Shown: positions 38,861 to 50,339 of the stretch, one piece after another
Layout: each line of letters opens with the position of its first letter
Position numbering within the stretch: position 1 is the first letter of the stretch
Assembly (NCBI RefSeq): GCF_004010195.1
Contig: NC_057751.1
Coordinates: 12,478,908 to 12,542,907, forward strand
From: Chiloscyllium plagiosum
Lineage: Eukaryota
Length of the DNA stretch: 64,000 nucleotides
Reading direction: 5' to 3'
The notes under the pieces: generated by a model
The model's database searches: none
Seen by the model: only the letters and a program-made list of their open reading frames with translations
What the model was told of the DNA's origin: nothing
Translations under genes and position numbers: made by a program

Positions 38861-40993
38861 AAATGTAATCGCCAAACAACATCGCACTAAAACGTTATCT
38901 GATCACGATCACATTGTTAATAGTGGAACCTTATTGATGCATGCTAGCTGCTGTGTTTGCAACCTGACATTCATTTCAAAATGGCTTAATTTCTGCAAAG
39001 CACTTCAGGTAAATTGCTTTGAGCATTCTGATTGTGGTGGCAAGTGTGACTTGAATGCACATCTTTCTTTCTTCAGTGCACACCATAATGTTGGCTGAAA
39101 ACCTGTGAGAGGTGTGCCACTCATTGACCAAAGCTCAGGTGACAAATGGGGCAAATCCTGGCAAAGATATTTATCCACTATCAGGTTTGTGCTGGTCTTG
39201 AGGAAATTCCCTGTGGTTTTGTATCTGTGGATGTTGTGCTCAAAGCAATTGACACAAGGGGAAAGATGAACTTCTCTTTTGTGAGCAGTCAGCCCAGTTG
39301 CCAGCCCTCTCTCCAAACATTGTGCTTCAAACAATCTTGCACACATTCCATTTTGCTAGGTCTCAGAAAAAGATTCCCACAAAGGCCTGACAGATAGTGG
39401 CATGAGCTTTCATCCCTTTAGCATTAATCCAGCTCCTCACCTGCTATCATGAGTTCTGTCATTAACTAGTAATATGCTCAACTGCTCGAATAATAAGCCA
39501 CAGCCATTTTCAATGGAAGTGCAGAATCTCTGCTGCTTTGCCAGCTGAAAATTGCTGGATTAACACTAATGTTTATCAGGAAGGCTTGTGTAAGACTTGT
39601 GGAAGACAGGCTTAATCTAGACTTTACTCTATCTCTCAAAAATGCCTAAACCTTTCCAGAAAGAGCAATTTCTATCATGTGCTATTATTGACTGCTTCCA
39701 TTGGTTAGGATGGTTTGCACCAGGGAAATACAAACCTCTGTTTTGCATGTAGAATTTCAGAAGCACACTTGAAGTTTTTTTGCCAACAGTCCATGCCGTA
39801 CGAAGGGCAAGCTGCACTGTCAGATGTGTCCTGTTACAGGCAAATACATGAAACCAAGGACCTGTTTGCATTCTCAAGAGGGTATTGTTATCTCATTGTG
39901 TTATTTTTTAAAAAGGAGGAGAGTTGTGCCTGGTATCCTTGCAAGATTCAATCTCTTGAACAATACCAAAAATGTAAGATGTGGTCAGTTATTCATTGCT
40001 GTTTGTTGCAGCTTGCCATGCATAATGTAACATTTGTCCAGGATATCTGAAGCCAGGATGATATATCTTGCTCATTGCCCTAGCAAGTTCAACCAGTTCC
40101 TGTGGTGGAGGGGTTTTTGAGTTGGATCACTAAGGGATGAAAGGCGGAAGTACTTTGTCATACAAAGTATGGGAAGTCTAAAATACCATGTCTCTGAAAA
40201 GATTGTAGATAAAACTTGTCAAGTTAGAAGCAATTTTTTTCGTTTGATAAGGCCACCAGCAATATGCCACATGTGATATCTTACTCTGCATATTGCTGCC
40301 ACATTTGCTACTTAAGTGTGATTTATTATCGAAGTCATTCGCTGCTGACAGATTCTATAGGCTATACTGATGACATGGAATGTACGATGAGGGTACATGT
40401 TAGTTTATTTTACCTGCCTCTCTCTTGGGTCATACATCTGCACCCATAAAAACCACAAATCCTGCAGTGCAGTCTGGCTTTATAAAATGATGGGTGCACC
40501 ATCTGCCGGCCAGTGTACAGGAATGGGAGGAGGGGCAGTAAAGTACAGGCTACAAAGTAGCTGATGATAAGCAAATATTGGTTGTGTTTGTATGTATATT
40601 GAAAGCAGCTTCACATTCTCTAAACCATTATTCTTGTACTTCAATTATTCTAAACAATTTACAAGGTAACCTGAAACCCTGCAGTTTGTAAAGATGTGCT
40701 GCACACTTTTGCCAACATCATTGCAGTTTGTAAAGATGGATGCTGCAATTGTAGATTGCAACCTTTAAGTTGTCTACATTACAACAGTGACCACAGTCAC
40801 TTCATTAGCTCAATCATGCTTTGCGATGTCATGAGATTACGAAAGATGTTGAACGTATGCAACACTTTGAAGAAGTTTGACAGTTAATTTGAGATACAAC
40901 ACAAACATCTTCTAGAAACCATGAACTATTGTCAAGCTTTCAACCAGCTAAGGCGTTCAAGTATCATTAATGTCCACAAACGTGTAGCTTTTG

Positions 40994-41129
40994 AATCCTG
41001 AAGGGTCACTGGACCAAAATGTTAACTCTGATCTCTCTCCACAGATGCTGTCACACCTGCTGAGATTTTCCAGCAATTTCTGTTTTTGTTTCAAATTTCC
41101 ATTATCTGCAGTTCTTCCAGTTTTTATTT
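40994..41129 (+). mobile_element. Older related short element (family C) with decayed hammerhead-like head
   Basis: CTGA-AGGGTC-ACTG-GACC-AAAATGTTAACT, then a CAGATGCTG..ACCTGCTG..TTTTCCAGCA..ATCTGCAGT tail resembling family B; 10/12 TSD (40982-40993, 41130-41141). Confidence 0.55.
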
Positions 41130-41689
41130 GTGCAGCTTTGGTGCTGGATAATCAATATCTGAAGCTACAGATCAGATTGGTCACTTGACGTCAACTCCCC
41201 AGTATCTACTATCTGACATATTCATTCACAGCTCAGATGGTGGCTTTGTGGTGCATTCTAGCATATGTCACTTATGTTGGATGACATTAATGTATAGAAT
41301 AGTTCTGACATTGTTTACCATGAATGTAATTTTAAAAATTATGATACAATTGTTATGTCAATTTTTTGAGCATAATTTAAACTCATATTTAATTTCATTT
41401 CATGAACGGTATTTCTACTTTCATATATTTCAAATCCTTTGGCCATTAAGATGTCTTGATATGTAAATACTATCCCCATTTCGCACCCACTCACTTACAT
41501 TATGGCACATTTGCTCATTATGGCAATCCATCTCCATTCCACAGCTTATTAAATGTCATCGAAATGAAACTGTTTTGTATGTTACAACAAACAGATGGTC
41601 ACCATTGGATTATGTCGATACACACTATGTCTGAAACAGTGCATGAGTGCTAATGTTTTCAAATGCACAATTCCCCATTTATTCTCTCC

Positions 41690-43203
41690 CAATGCACCTA
41701 TGAAGCTGTGGAGTGAGGCAAGGGAGGAAATAACAGGGGCACAGGCCATGATTTTCAATTCCTCTCTGACCACAGAAGAGATGCCAGAGGACTGGAGGAC
41801 AACCAATGTGGTGCTGACATTTAGGAAGGCAGCAAAGAGAAGAGTAGGAAACTACAGGCCAGTCAGTCTAACTTCAGTGATGGGGAAACTCTTGGAAGCA
41901 ATTCTGAGGGACAGAATTCATCTGCATGTAAAGAGAGAGGGATTAATCAGGAGCAGTCAGCATATTTTTGTTCAGGGGAGATTATGTTTTCCAACTTGAT
42001 TGAATTTTTCAAAGAGGTAACCAGGTGTGTAGATGAAGGCAATGCAAACTTAGATGTCAGCAAGGCTTTTGATAAGGTCCCACATGGGAGACTAAGAGCA
42101 AAGGTAAGAGCCTAGGGGATCAAAGGAAATTTGGTGAATTGGATCAGATTTGGTTGAGGCGGTTGGCAGGTATCAGAGGATTATGGTCAAAGTCTGTTTT
42201 TGTGACTGGAACCCTGTGTCCAGTGGGGTGCTGCAGAAATCAGAGTAGTGTCCCTTGCTGTTTGTGGTATGTATAAATCATTTAGACTTGACTGTGGGAG
42301 GCCTGATCAGTAACTTTGTGAATGATGCAAAAATTGGTTGGGAACAATAAGGAGGATAACTTTAATTTACTGGATATGGTCAGATGAGCTGATCAGTAGC
42401 AAATAAGATTCAATCTGGATAAATGAGAGGAGCTGCACTTGGGCAGGACAAACAAGATATGATAGACATGACACAGTTGAACCCTGGGCAGCACGAAGAA
42501 TCAGAGGGACTTTGCTGTTTGTGTACACTTGTCCTTTAGGTAGTAGAATACATGGATAAAGTAGTGAATAAGGGACATGGGAAACTGGCCTTTACAAGCT
42601 GAGGCATAGAGTTTAAGAGCATGCAGGTTGCGTTGGAACTGTGTAAAATATTAGTTAGGCCACAGCTAAACTATTGTTTGCAGTTCTAGAATCCACATTT
42701 TTTGAGAATGATGGAAATGAAAAGGGTGGAGAGAAGATTTACCAGGATGTATCTGGTCTCAAGAGTTTTAATTATAAAGAAAGATTGGATATACGGTGGT
42801 TGTTTTCCTTAGAGCAGAGACCTGAGGGAGGACATGATTGTATTGTTTAAAATTATGAGGGACATAGCTAGCCTTGACAGGAAGGAACTTTTCCCCTTGA
42901 GATAGAAATCAATGACCGGGGGCATGCATTTTAGATAAGGGACAGGAGGCTGAGAGAGGAAATGAAGCCTTTCACTCAAAGGCTAGTAGATGTTTGGAAC
43001 TCATTGCCTGTATAAGTGCAGTAGGGGCAGAAACCCTTGTAACATTTAAGAGGCATTTAGATGTGCATTTGCGATGCCAAGGTTTGCAAAGCGAGGAGAC
43101 ATGTGCTGGAAAATGAAATGAGCACAGTTAGTTGCTTGTTTTTGACCAGTTACAAACTTGATTGACCGAAGGGCCTTTTTCTGAGCGGCAGATCACTATG
43201 ACC
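41690..43203 (+). mobile_element. Decayed CR1 LINE ORF2/3' end
   Basis: PEDWRTTNVV..GNYRPVSLTSVMGKLLE; CR1-like 3' end. Confidence 0.85.
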
Positions 43204-43631
43204 TTTGAGTGAGGAAGATTGTAGGTCAAACAAAGGAATAAATTTTCAAGATAAAATCCTTGAGTTGAATCACTCTGCCTGCTACTCTGCTTCCTGAATC
43301 CATTATAACAGGAACTGAAAACTTATTATTTTAGTAGCTGCTTCAGAGATGCTTCATAACACTCCTGAACAAGTTTGTTTGAACATTTCTGTGGATTCAG
43401 ACAGGACAGAAGGAGGCCCTCTGACCAATTGTGCTCGGTCAATTTCTTCTCTTCATAGCCAGCTTGCAATGCTGTAAAAGGCAACAGTCTGCTCACTGAA
43501 TTGCATTAATGGCAGCTGTAGAACTTAGACAGAGTTTTTGCAACTTTAAGGTTTCTTTAAATGTATTTTTTTCATCTCCCCCAACTGGTCAGCATGACTT
43601 GATTCTGTGGAGGATTTCTGAAGCTCCATTG

Positions 43632-43923
43632 CTGCTTGAACCACAGCATAGGAGAAAGTGCGGACTGCAGATGCTGAGGATCAGAGTTGAGAGGATGGTG
43701 ATGGAAAAGCACAGAAGGTCAGGCAGCATCTGAGGAACAGGAACATAGAACATAGAACATAGAACAATACAGCACAGAACAGGCCCTTCGGCCCACGATG
43801 TTGTGCCGAACTCTGCTTGAACCACAGCATAGGAGAAAGTGCGGACTGCAGATGCTGCGGATCAGAGTCGAGAGGATGGTGATGGAAAAGCACAGAAGGT
43901 CAGGCAGCATCTGAGGAGCAGGA
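43632..43923 (+). repeat. 111-bp direct duplication flanking a 70-bp CR1 tail insertion
   Basis: 43632-43742 = 43813-43923 (3 differences); 43743-43812 is a minus-strand CR1 3' tail with (ACATAGA)3. Confidence 0.9.
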
Positions 43924-44050
43924 GAATCGATTTTTCGGGCATAAGCCCTTCATCAGCCCTTCCTGATGTGCTTATGCCTGAAATGTTGATTCTCCTGCTT
44001 CTTGGATGCTGCCTGATCTGCTGTGCTTTTCCAGCACTACACTCTCGACT
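43833..44050. mobile_element. Palindromic short element (family B)
   Basis: Inverted arms of ~90 bp; minus strand 43925-43956 reads CTGATGAAGGGCTTATGCCCGAAAAATCGATT; degenerate TSD GAAC(C/T)ACA(G/A)CAT. Confidence 0.8.
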
Positions 44051-44199
44051 TAGAACTACAACATTTAAAAATTGTGTTTCTTCACTTTTTCTCAAGGCAT
44101 CCTCAGCAGTTTGAAACATTCACCCTGGTTAGAAACTCTCAAGCCCACACATAGTTGACAGGTCTCTAGCTACCAGAAACTGTACGGGACTAACCAGAT

Positions 44200-44810
44200 A
44201 ACTACAGTGACTGCAAGAGCAGGTGAGAAGCTAAGAATCTGTAGTGAGTAACTCACCTTCTGACTCCTAAAGCCCATCCACCATTGATAAGGCACAAGTC
44301 AGGAGTGTGATGGAATACTCCATACTTCCCTGGCAGGTGCAACTCCAAAAACACTCAAGAAGCTCAACACCATCCAGGACAAAGCAACCTGCATGATGGG
44401 TACCCCATTACCACCTTCAGCTTTTACTCCCATCACCACTGATGCACAATTACAGTAGTGTATACCCATTGCAAATGCAGTGCAACCAGTCACCAAGGCT
44501 CCTGTGGCAGGACCTCCCAAAGCCATGACCTCTACAACCTATAACATACAAGGGCAGCAGTTGCTTGGGAACATCAGCAATTGCAAGTTCCCCTCCAAGG
44601 CACACAACATCCTGATTTGGTGCAATATTGGTACTCCTTAGCTGTCATTGGATCTGAATGCTGGAACTTGCATCCTGACAGCACAGTAAGTATACCTACT
44701 CACCCTTGACTGTTACAGTCCAAGATTCTCCATTAAAATGTAGGATGGGCAACAAATGCTCATCAATTTATCAATGCTGCCCACATCCCATGAATAATTT
44801 TTTTTAAATC
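44200..44810 (+). mobile_element. LINE 3' fragment (L2/CR1 group)
   Basis: KAQVRSVMEYS remnant; 3' tail GGATGGGCAACAAATGCT..CCCACATCCCATGAA shared with SINE tails at ~970, ~30220, ~37000 and ~60690. Confidence 0.65.
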
Positions 44811-45928
44811 CCAGAAACTGTTCAACAGCCCTCATCGTCCAACACTCCTCGCCTCCCCACTTGCCAAAATTACGTCCCCAATTTTGACTCTGATGTTGTA
44901 TGATGACTGAGGCATTAAAATAGCATCACATTGGGAAACAGTTTGTGAATTACTGATAAATGACTGCCAACCTTTTTAAATATTTAAGCAGCCCTTCTAC
45001 CTCCTCCAGTTCCTTGACTGAATTCCATTAATCATGGCAGTGAGAGGCCAGAAACGATTGGGTTCAGGTTTGCAATTTCAAGAATGTTAACATCTGACTT
45101 AACCCAATTCATCTGTTTTGGGTGCTAAGATTCAGTAGGTAGTTTCCTATCTGAGTACACATTTCAATGTTTTATTACGAATGCTGATACATTTACTTCT
45201 CTGTTTGATGACCTGTCAGGTTTATCACCTCCGATGCTATGTCATTAAGGGTGTGATGCTTATTCCACACATCATCCTACTTTAAGGCTTTCTAATCAGA
45301 CCTTCAGTGAGCTGATGAGAAGCTGATAAACATAAATTGACAAGAGTGATGCTCAGAGCTGATCTTAACATCACTCTTCTGACATGCGCTGTGAGGTTAA
45401 AAGTTCAGGAGAGAAGAAATTTGTGCAGTGTAACAGGAAAAGAGCATGGAAAAATAATTTGGTGTTTGTCAATCACACATTCTTCAATACTTGTGCACAA
45501 ATAACACTCCTTGTCTAAGGGAATTACATTGTCTAAATCAGCAGTAGGATCTTGCAACTATTTCGAAGTAGATATGAAACATCATCAAAACTAATTTGGA
45601 TAGTTTATGCCAGAGCAGACGGCACAGAAACTTCACAGTCTCCATAACAGCACAAGGAACTCAACTGGTGGGAAACAACTGGTGATAGAATCATCATCTT
45701 CCTCATCTATTCTGATAATATTTTTGTGAGGGCAAATGCAGTGAACTATGGCTTGCAATGTTTTAACAAGAAGTCAATCCGAGAAGGTGATGACTTCTGC
45801 TTGGGCTAAGCAACGTTCATTTATGCTGTGTCTCGAATATCATCAACAATGCAACAAGGATTTCTCTCCTTAGCCTTCAGCTCAGATGGATTTATCCCCC
45901 AACAGTCTTTGCCTTATAATCTTTCTCC

Positions 45929-46174
45929 TAAAAGAAAGTGAGGACTGCAGATGCTAGAAAGCAGAGTCGAGAGTATGGTGCTGGAAAAGCACAGCAGATC
46001 AGGCAGTATCCAAGGAGCAGTAGAATCAACTTTTCAGGCACAAGCCCTTCGTCAGGACTTCATCAAGCCCATGATCAAGCCATTCCTGATGAAGAGCTTA
46101 TGCCCAAGACATTGATTTTCCTGCTCCTTGGATGCTGCCTGATCTGCTGTACTTTTCCAGCACCACACTTTCGA
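45929..46174. mobile_element. Palindromic short element (family B)
   Basis: Perfect 16-bp TSD CTTATAATCTTTCTCC (45913-45928, 46175-46190); inverted arms; CTGATGAAGAGCTTATGCCC at 46086. Confidence 0.85.
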
Positions 46175-48119
46175 CTTATAATCTTTCTCCCTCCGTTTCC
46201 CTCACCCTGACCTCCTCTTTCATCATCTTTTGTCATAATCATTTTGTGACAGCAAATGTAGTGCACTGTGTCTTGCAATGTTTTAACAAGAAGCCAATTT
46301 GAATAATACGAATGACTGAATTCATTCTGTACATCTCTATGATTCTGAGGTTTGAGATGATGCACCTAACTAGATACTCTCTGTCAATAGTGAATACAAG
46401 GCATAGCAGCGCTGTCTCTTGCATGCATCCATGTCATTGACCCAACCCAAACCCACCACACCAGACTGACTTGTCAATGCTGAAACATTAAGAACAAGCG
46501 TTCAGTCCCTGAGACTAGTTTGACCATTCATCCAGACCTTACTTGATTTGTTCCATTGTCTCAGCATTACTTCATATCCCAATAATCTTTCTTGTACAAA
46601 AATCTACCTCAGTCTCGAAAGCTCCAACAGTCCCAGAATCCACATTCTTTCAAGGGACGTGTTCCAGGTTTCCACTACCTTGAAAACACCTTCCATACTT
46701 AGCTTGTATATTTGTCATATTTTCATGTATCCTTTCAATTACACTCTGTTTCCCTATTCCACAAATAAACAACCCAGAGTCAGGAAATTCAACTATGAAA
46801 ATAGACTCAAGGCAAGATTCTTAATTTGAAGATCAGCTTGCCTTTTGCATTTTTTTAACTTCCATTCACTCCAAGCTTCCACATCTCTGCAAATGTTTTT
46901 ATTTCAAACCACACACTGTCATTGAGAAGTGAGACTGTTTTCTATACAGTACCTTAAGGCAGGTCAGTTGATGAACAGAACATCCACTCATTGCACTTTG
47001 ATTAAAACCAGAACCTTATTACTTTTGTGGTATGGCTGTAAGACTCTGCCTTCTCTACCAAAATTGAACATAATTATTCCCCCTTCCCCCAATGTACTTT
47101 ATAGGTAATTTAGAAATCACAAAAAGGAATATGCAAAATATTCATTGCTGAGAAAGAAACACAAGGAAATCATAGATTACAAATGTACATGTGTCTGTAT
47201 GTCCTTGTGTAAGATTGATCTTTCTGTGTGCATATGTATGTTATCTACATTCATTGCTATATAAGTGAATGGATATGTCTTTATAAGTACCTGTATACAT
47301 TTTGCTAATGAATATACAAGTGTATATTCATCAGCATGTATGTGAACACATATTTATGCCTAATGCATAAACTGTGCTGTGCTGGTCAAATCAAGAGTGA
47401 CACATAACCAAATTAACAAGGCTAGTAAGCAAAAGAAATACAATTCATTCTCCTTGACCCGTTTAAAAATTGCATTCACTGCCTGCAAACAGACAAACTT
47501 CAACTTCAACATTTTAAAGATTTTGAAATACAGATTCTTAACCCAAAATTTATTGAGACTCCTCATTGATTTCTTCAAAAAAGCTTTTGTTGTAGCTGAC
47601 CCTGTTTGTGACTTTGCACTGAACTGAACAAGTCTGCAAATGGAAGATGACAGTTCCTCTGTTGTCATATTTTTAACCATGATCAGTTTCTTGTTGGGAA
47701 ACTGCTGCTGGTGTCCAGCGAAGGAGGGAGAACTCATTTAATGTTTCAAGCAGCTTGTACCAGGATTTAAGCCAACTGGATTGGCTCACATCATCTGGAA
47801 ATAAGTAACAAATGTCAAATAATTGGATCACTGCCTTTGCCATTTCCCATAACCGCAACTCGGGATTTTACATGGCACAAACAGCCATTTCCATGGTATC
47901 AATTGAAAAACCCAATAGCTCAGTTGTCAATTGTTCAATTCATTGGGGAGCTATAACTTACAGCTCCCCAATGTAAGTTATAGCTTACATTTTCTATTCA
48001 TTGTCTGATCTCAACTGGAATGGAGCTCCAGTTGGTCTCAGTACCTTGTGCAGTTGACAGCTGAAGAATTGAAACAGATTTCCCCTGTTCTCGCACCTCC
48101 GCACCTCCAATATGACGTG

Positions 48120-48735
48120 AGTCATAGAGATGTACAGCATGGAAGCAGACCCTTTGGTCCAACCCGTCCATGCCGACCAGATATCCCAATCCAATCTAGT
48201 CCCACCTGCCAGCACCCGGCCCATATCCCTCCATATCCTTTCTATTCATATACCCATCCAAATGCCTCTTAAATATTGCAATTGTACCAGCCTGCACCCA
48301 CTTCCTCTGGCAGCTCATTCCATACACGTACCACCCTCTGTGTGAAAAAGTTGCCCCTTAAGTCTCTTTTATATCTTTCCCCTTTCACCCTAAACCTATG
48401 CCTTCTAGTTCTGGACTCCGCAGGGAAAATATTTTGTCTAATTATCCTATTAAGCCCCTCATAATTTTGTAAACCTCTATAAGGTCACCCCTCAGCCTCC
48501 GACACTCCAGGGAAAACAGTCCCAGCCTGTTCAGCTTCTCCCTATAGCTCAAATCCTCCAATCCTGGCAACATCCTTGTAAATCTTTTCTGAACCCTTTC
48601 AAATTTCACAACATCTTTGAGATAGGAAGGAGACCAGAATTGCATGCTATATTCCAACCGTGGCCTAACCAATGTCCTGTACAGCCGCAACATGACCTCC
48701 CAACTCTAGTACTCAATACTCTGACCAATAAAGGA
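48120..48735 (-). mobile_element. CR1 LINE 3' end
   Basis: LYRTLVRPRLEYSMQFWSP..RGDLIEVYKIM; 3' tail at 48120. Confidence 0.88.
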
Positions 48736-48738
48736 NNN
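48736..48738. other. Assembly gap (NNN)
   Basis: Three N bases separate unrelated sequences (CR1 on the left, Penelope-like on the right). Confidence 0.95.
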
Positions 48739-48864
48739 GAGGGAGGAGGTGTGGGCGCAGGTTTTACAGTTCCTGCGGTGGCAGGGGAAAGTGCCAGGAT
48801 GGGAGGGTGGGTTGTGTGGGGCGTGGACCTGACCAGGTAGTCACGGAGGGAACGGTCTTTGTGG
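48739..48864 (-). mobile_element. Penelope-like retroelement ORF fragment (Cys-rich linker between RT and GIY-YIG endonuclease)
   Basis: Minus-strand translation with one frameshift: KDRSLRDYLVRSTP / PSHPGTFPCHRRNCKTCAHTSSL; cut off by the NNN gap. Confidence 0.7.
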
Positions 48865-48886
48865 TCATCTGCAAACTTACTAAGGA

Positions 48887-49210
48887 GGGCGGCACGGTGG
48901 CACAGTGGTTAGCACTGCTGCCTCACAGTGCCAGAGACCCGGGTTCAATTCCCGACTCAGGCGACTGACTGTGTGGAGTTTGCACATTCTCCCCGTGTCT
49001 GCGTGGGTTTCCTCCGGGTGCTCCGGTTTCCTCCCACAGTCCAAAGATGTGCAGGTCAGGTGAATCGGTCATGCTAAATTGCCCATAGTGTTAGGTTAAA
49101 GGGATAAATATAGGGGTTTGGGTGGGTTGCGCTTCGGCGGGTCGGTGTGGACTTGTTGGGCCGAAGGGCCTGTTTCCACACTGTAAGTAATCTAATCTAA
49201 TCTAATCTAA
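48887..49210 (+). mobile_element. Young full-length tRNA-derived V-SINE (HE1-like)
   Basis: A-box-like TGGCACAGTGG, B-box-like GGTTCAATTCC, V-domain GTGTGGAGTTTGCACATTCTCCCCGTGTCTGCGTGGGTTTCCTCCGGGTGCTCCGG, CR1-like 3' end and (TCTAA)n tail; nested in a CR1 RT remnant. Confidence 0.88.
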
Positions 49211-49905
49211 ACTGTACCTCTTATGCTCGCATCCAAATCATTTATGTAAATGACAAAAAGTAGAGGACTCAGCATTGATCCTTGTGGCACTCCACTGGTC
49301 ACAGGCCTCCAATCTGAAAAACAACACTCCACCACCACTCTCTATCTTCTACCTTTGAGCCAGTTCTGTATCCAGATGGCTAGTTCTCTCTTTATTCCAT
49401 GAGATCTAACCTTGCTAACTAGTCTCCCATGGGGAACCTTGTCAAACGCCTTACTGAAGTCCATATAGATCACAACTACTGCTCTGCCCTCATCAATCCT
49501 CTTTGTTACTTCTTCAAAAAACTCAATCAATTTGGGAGACATGATTTCCCATGCACAAAGCCATGTTGACTATCCCTAATCAGTCCTTGCCTTTCCAAAT
49601 ACATGTACATCCTGTCCCTCAGGATTCCCTCCAACAACTTGCCCACCACCGAAGTCAGTCTCACTGGTCTATAGTTCCCTGGCTTGTCTTTACTACCCTT
49701 CTTAAAGAGTGGCACCACGTTAGCCAACCTTCAGTCTTCTGGCACCTCACCTGTGACTATCAATGATACAAATATCTCAGCAAGAGGCCCAGCAATCACA
49801 TCACTAGCTTCCCACAGAGTTCTAGGGTACACCTGATGATGTCCTGTGGATTTATCCATCTTTACCCATTTCAAGACATCTAGCACTTCCTGCTCTGTAA
49901 TGAGG
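49211..49905 (-). mobile_element. CR1 RT fragment (probably the same element as 48120-48735)
   Basis: NVVPLFKKG..GNYRPVRLTSVVGKLLE, YMDFSKAFDKVPH. Confidence 0.88.
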
Positions 49906-50339
49906 AAGAGCATGATGAGATTGAGAAGACCCCACGCTCAACTTCAGCATTGACCTGTTGAATTAGCTGAGCTCATAGTTAATGGGGCCAGGTGAATTAT
50001 AGTGCCCAGTCTCCATGGAACTTTAACTCAGCATCCTTTGCTGGATATCATTTGCAAAGGAAAAAGTGAAAAGAAAACATCAACTCCAGACAAGTTTCTT
50101 CTGATGTAATGTAGGAGGGAATTTTAATGCAAAGAAAAACAGACAGGGTTTGTGTCAAAAATGAGTTAACAAGGTTAAAAATGCATTGTGCTCAAAGCTT
50201 GACTCAACCCAAAAGTGCTGGCAACCCAAGATAACTAATCAGAATTGAGAGCTTGCTTTGAAAACTAATCTTTTGGATGTGAAGATACTAATCAGTATGT
50301 TTTGAAAAGTTTTATTTAAATTATATTCTTAGACTTGCC

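Noticed and set aside
40680..40738. 17-bp direct repeat TGCAGTTTGTAAAGATG with 25-nt spacer (CRISPR-like)
   Set aside because: Only two units, vertebrate DNA, no cas genes; a local duplication or old TSD.
48887..48965. tRNA gene
   Set aside because: tRNA-derived head of a V-SINE, continuous with the SINE body.
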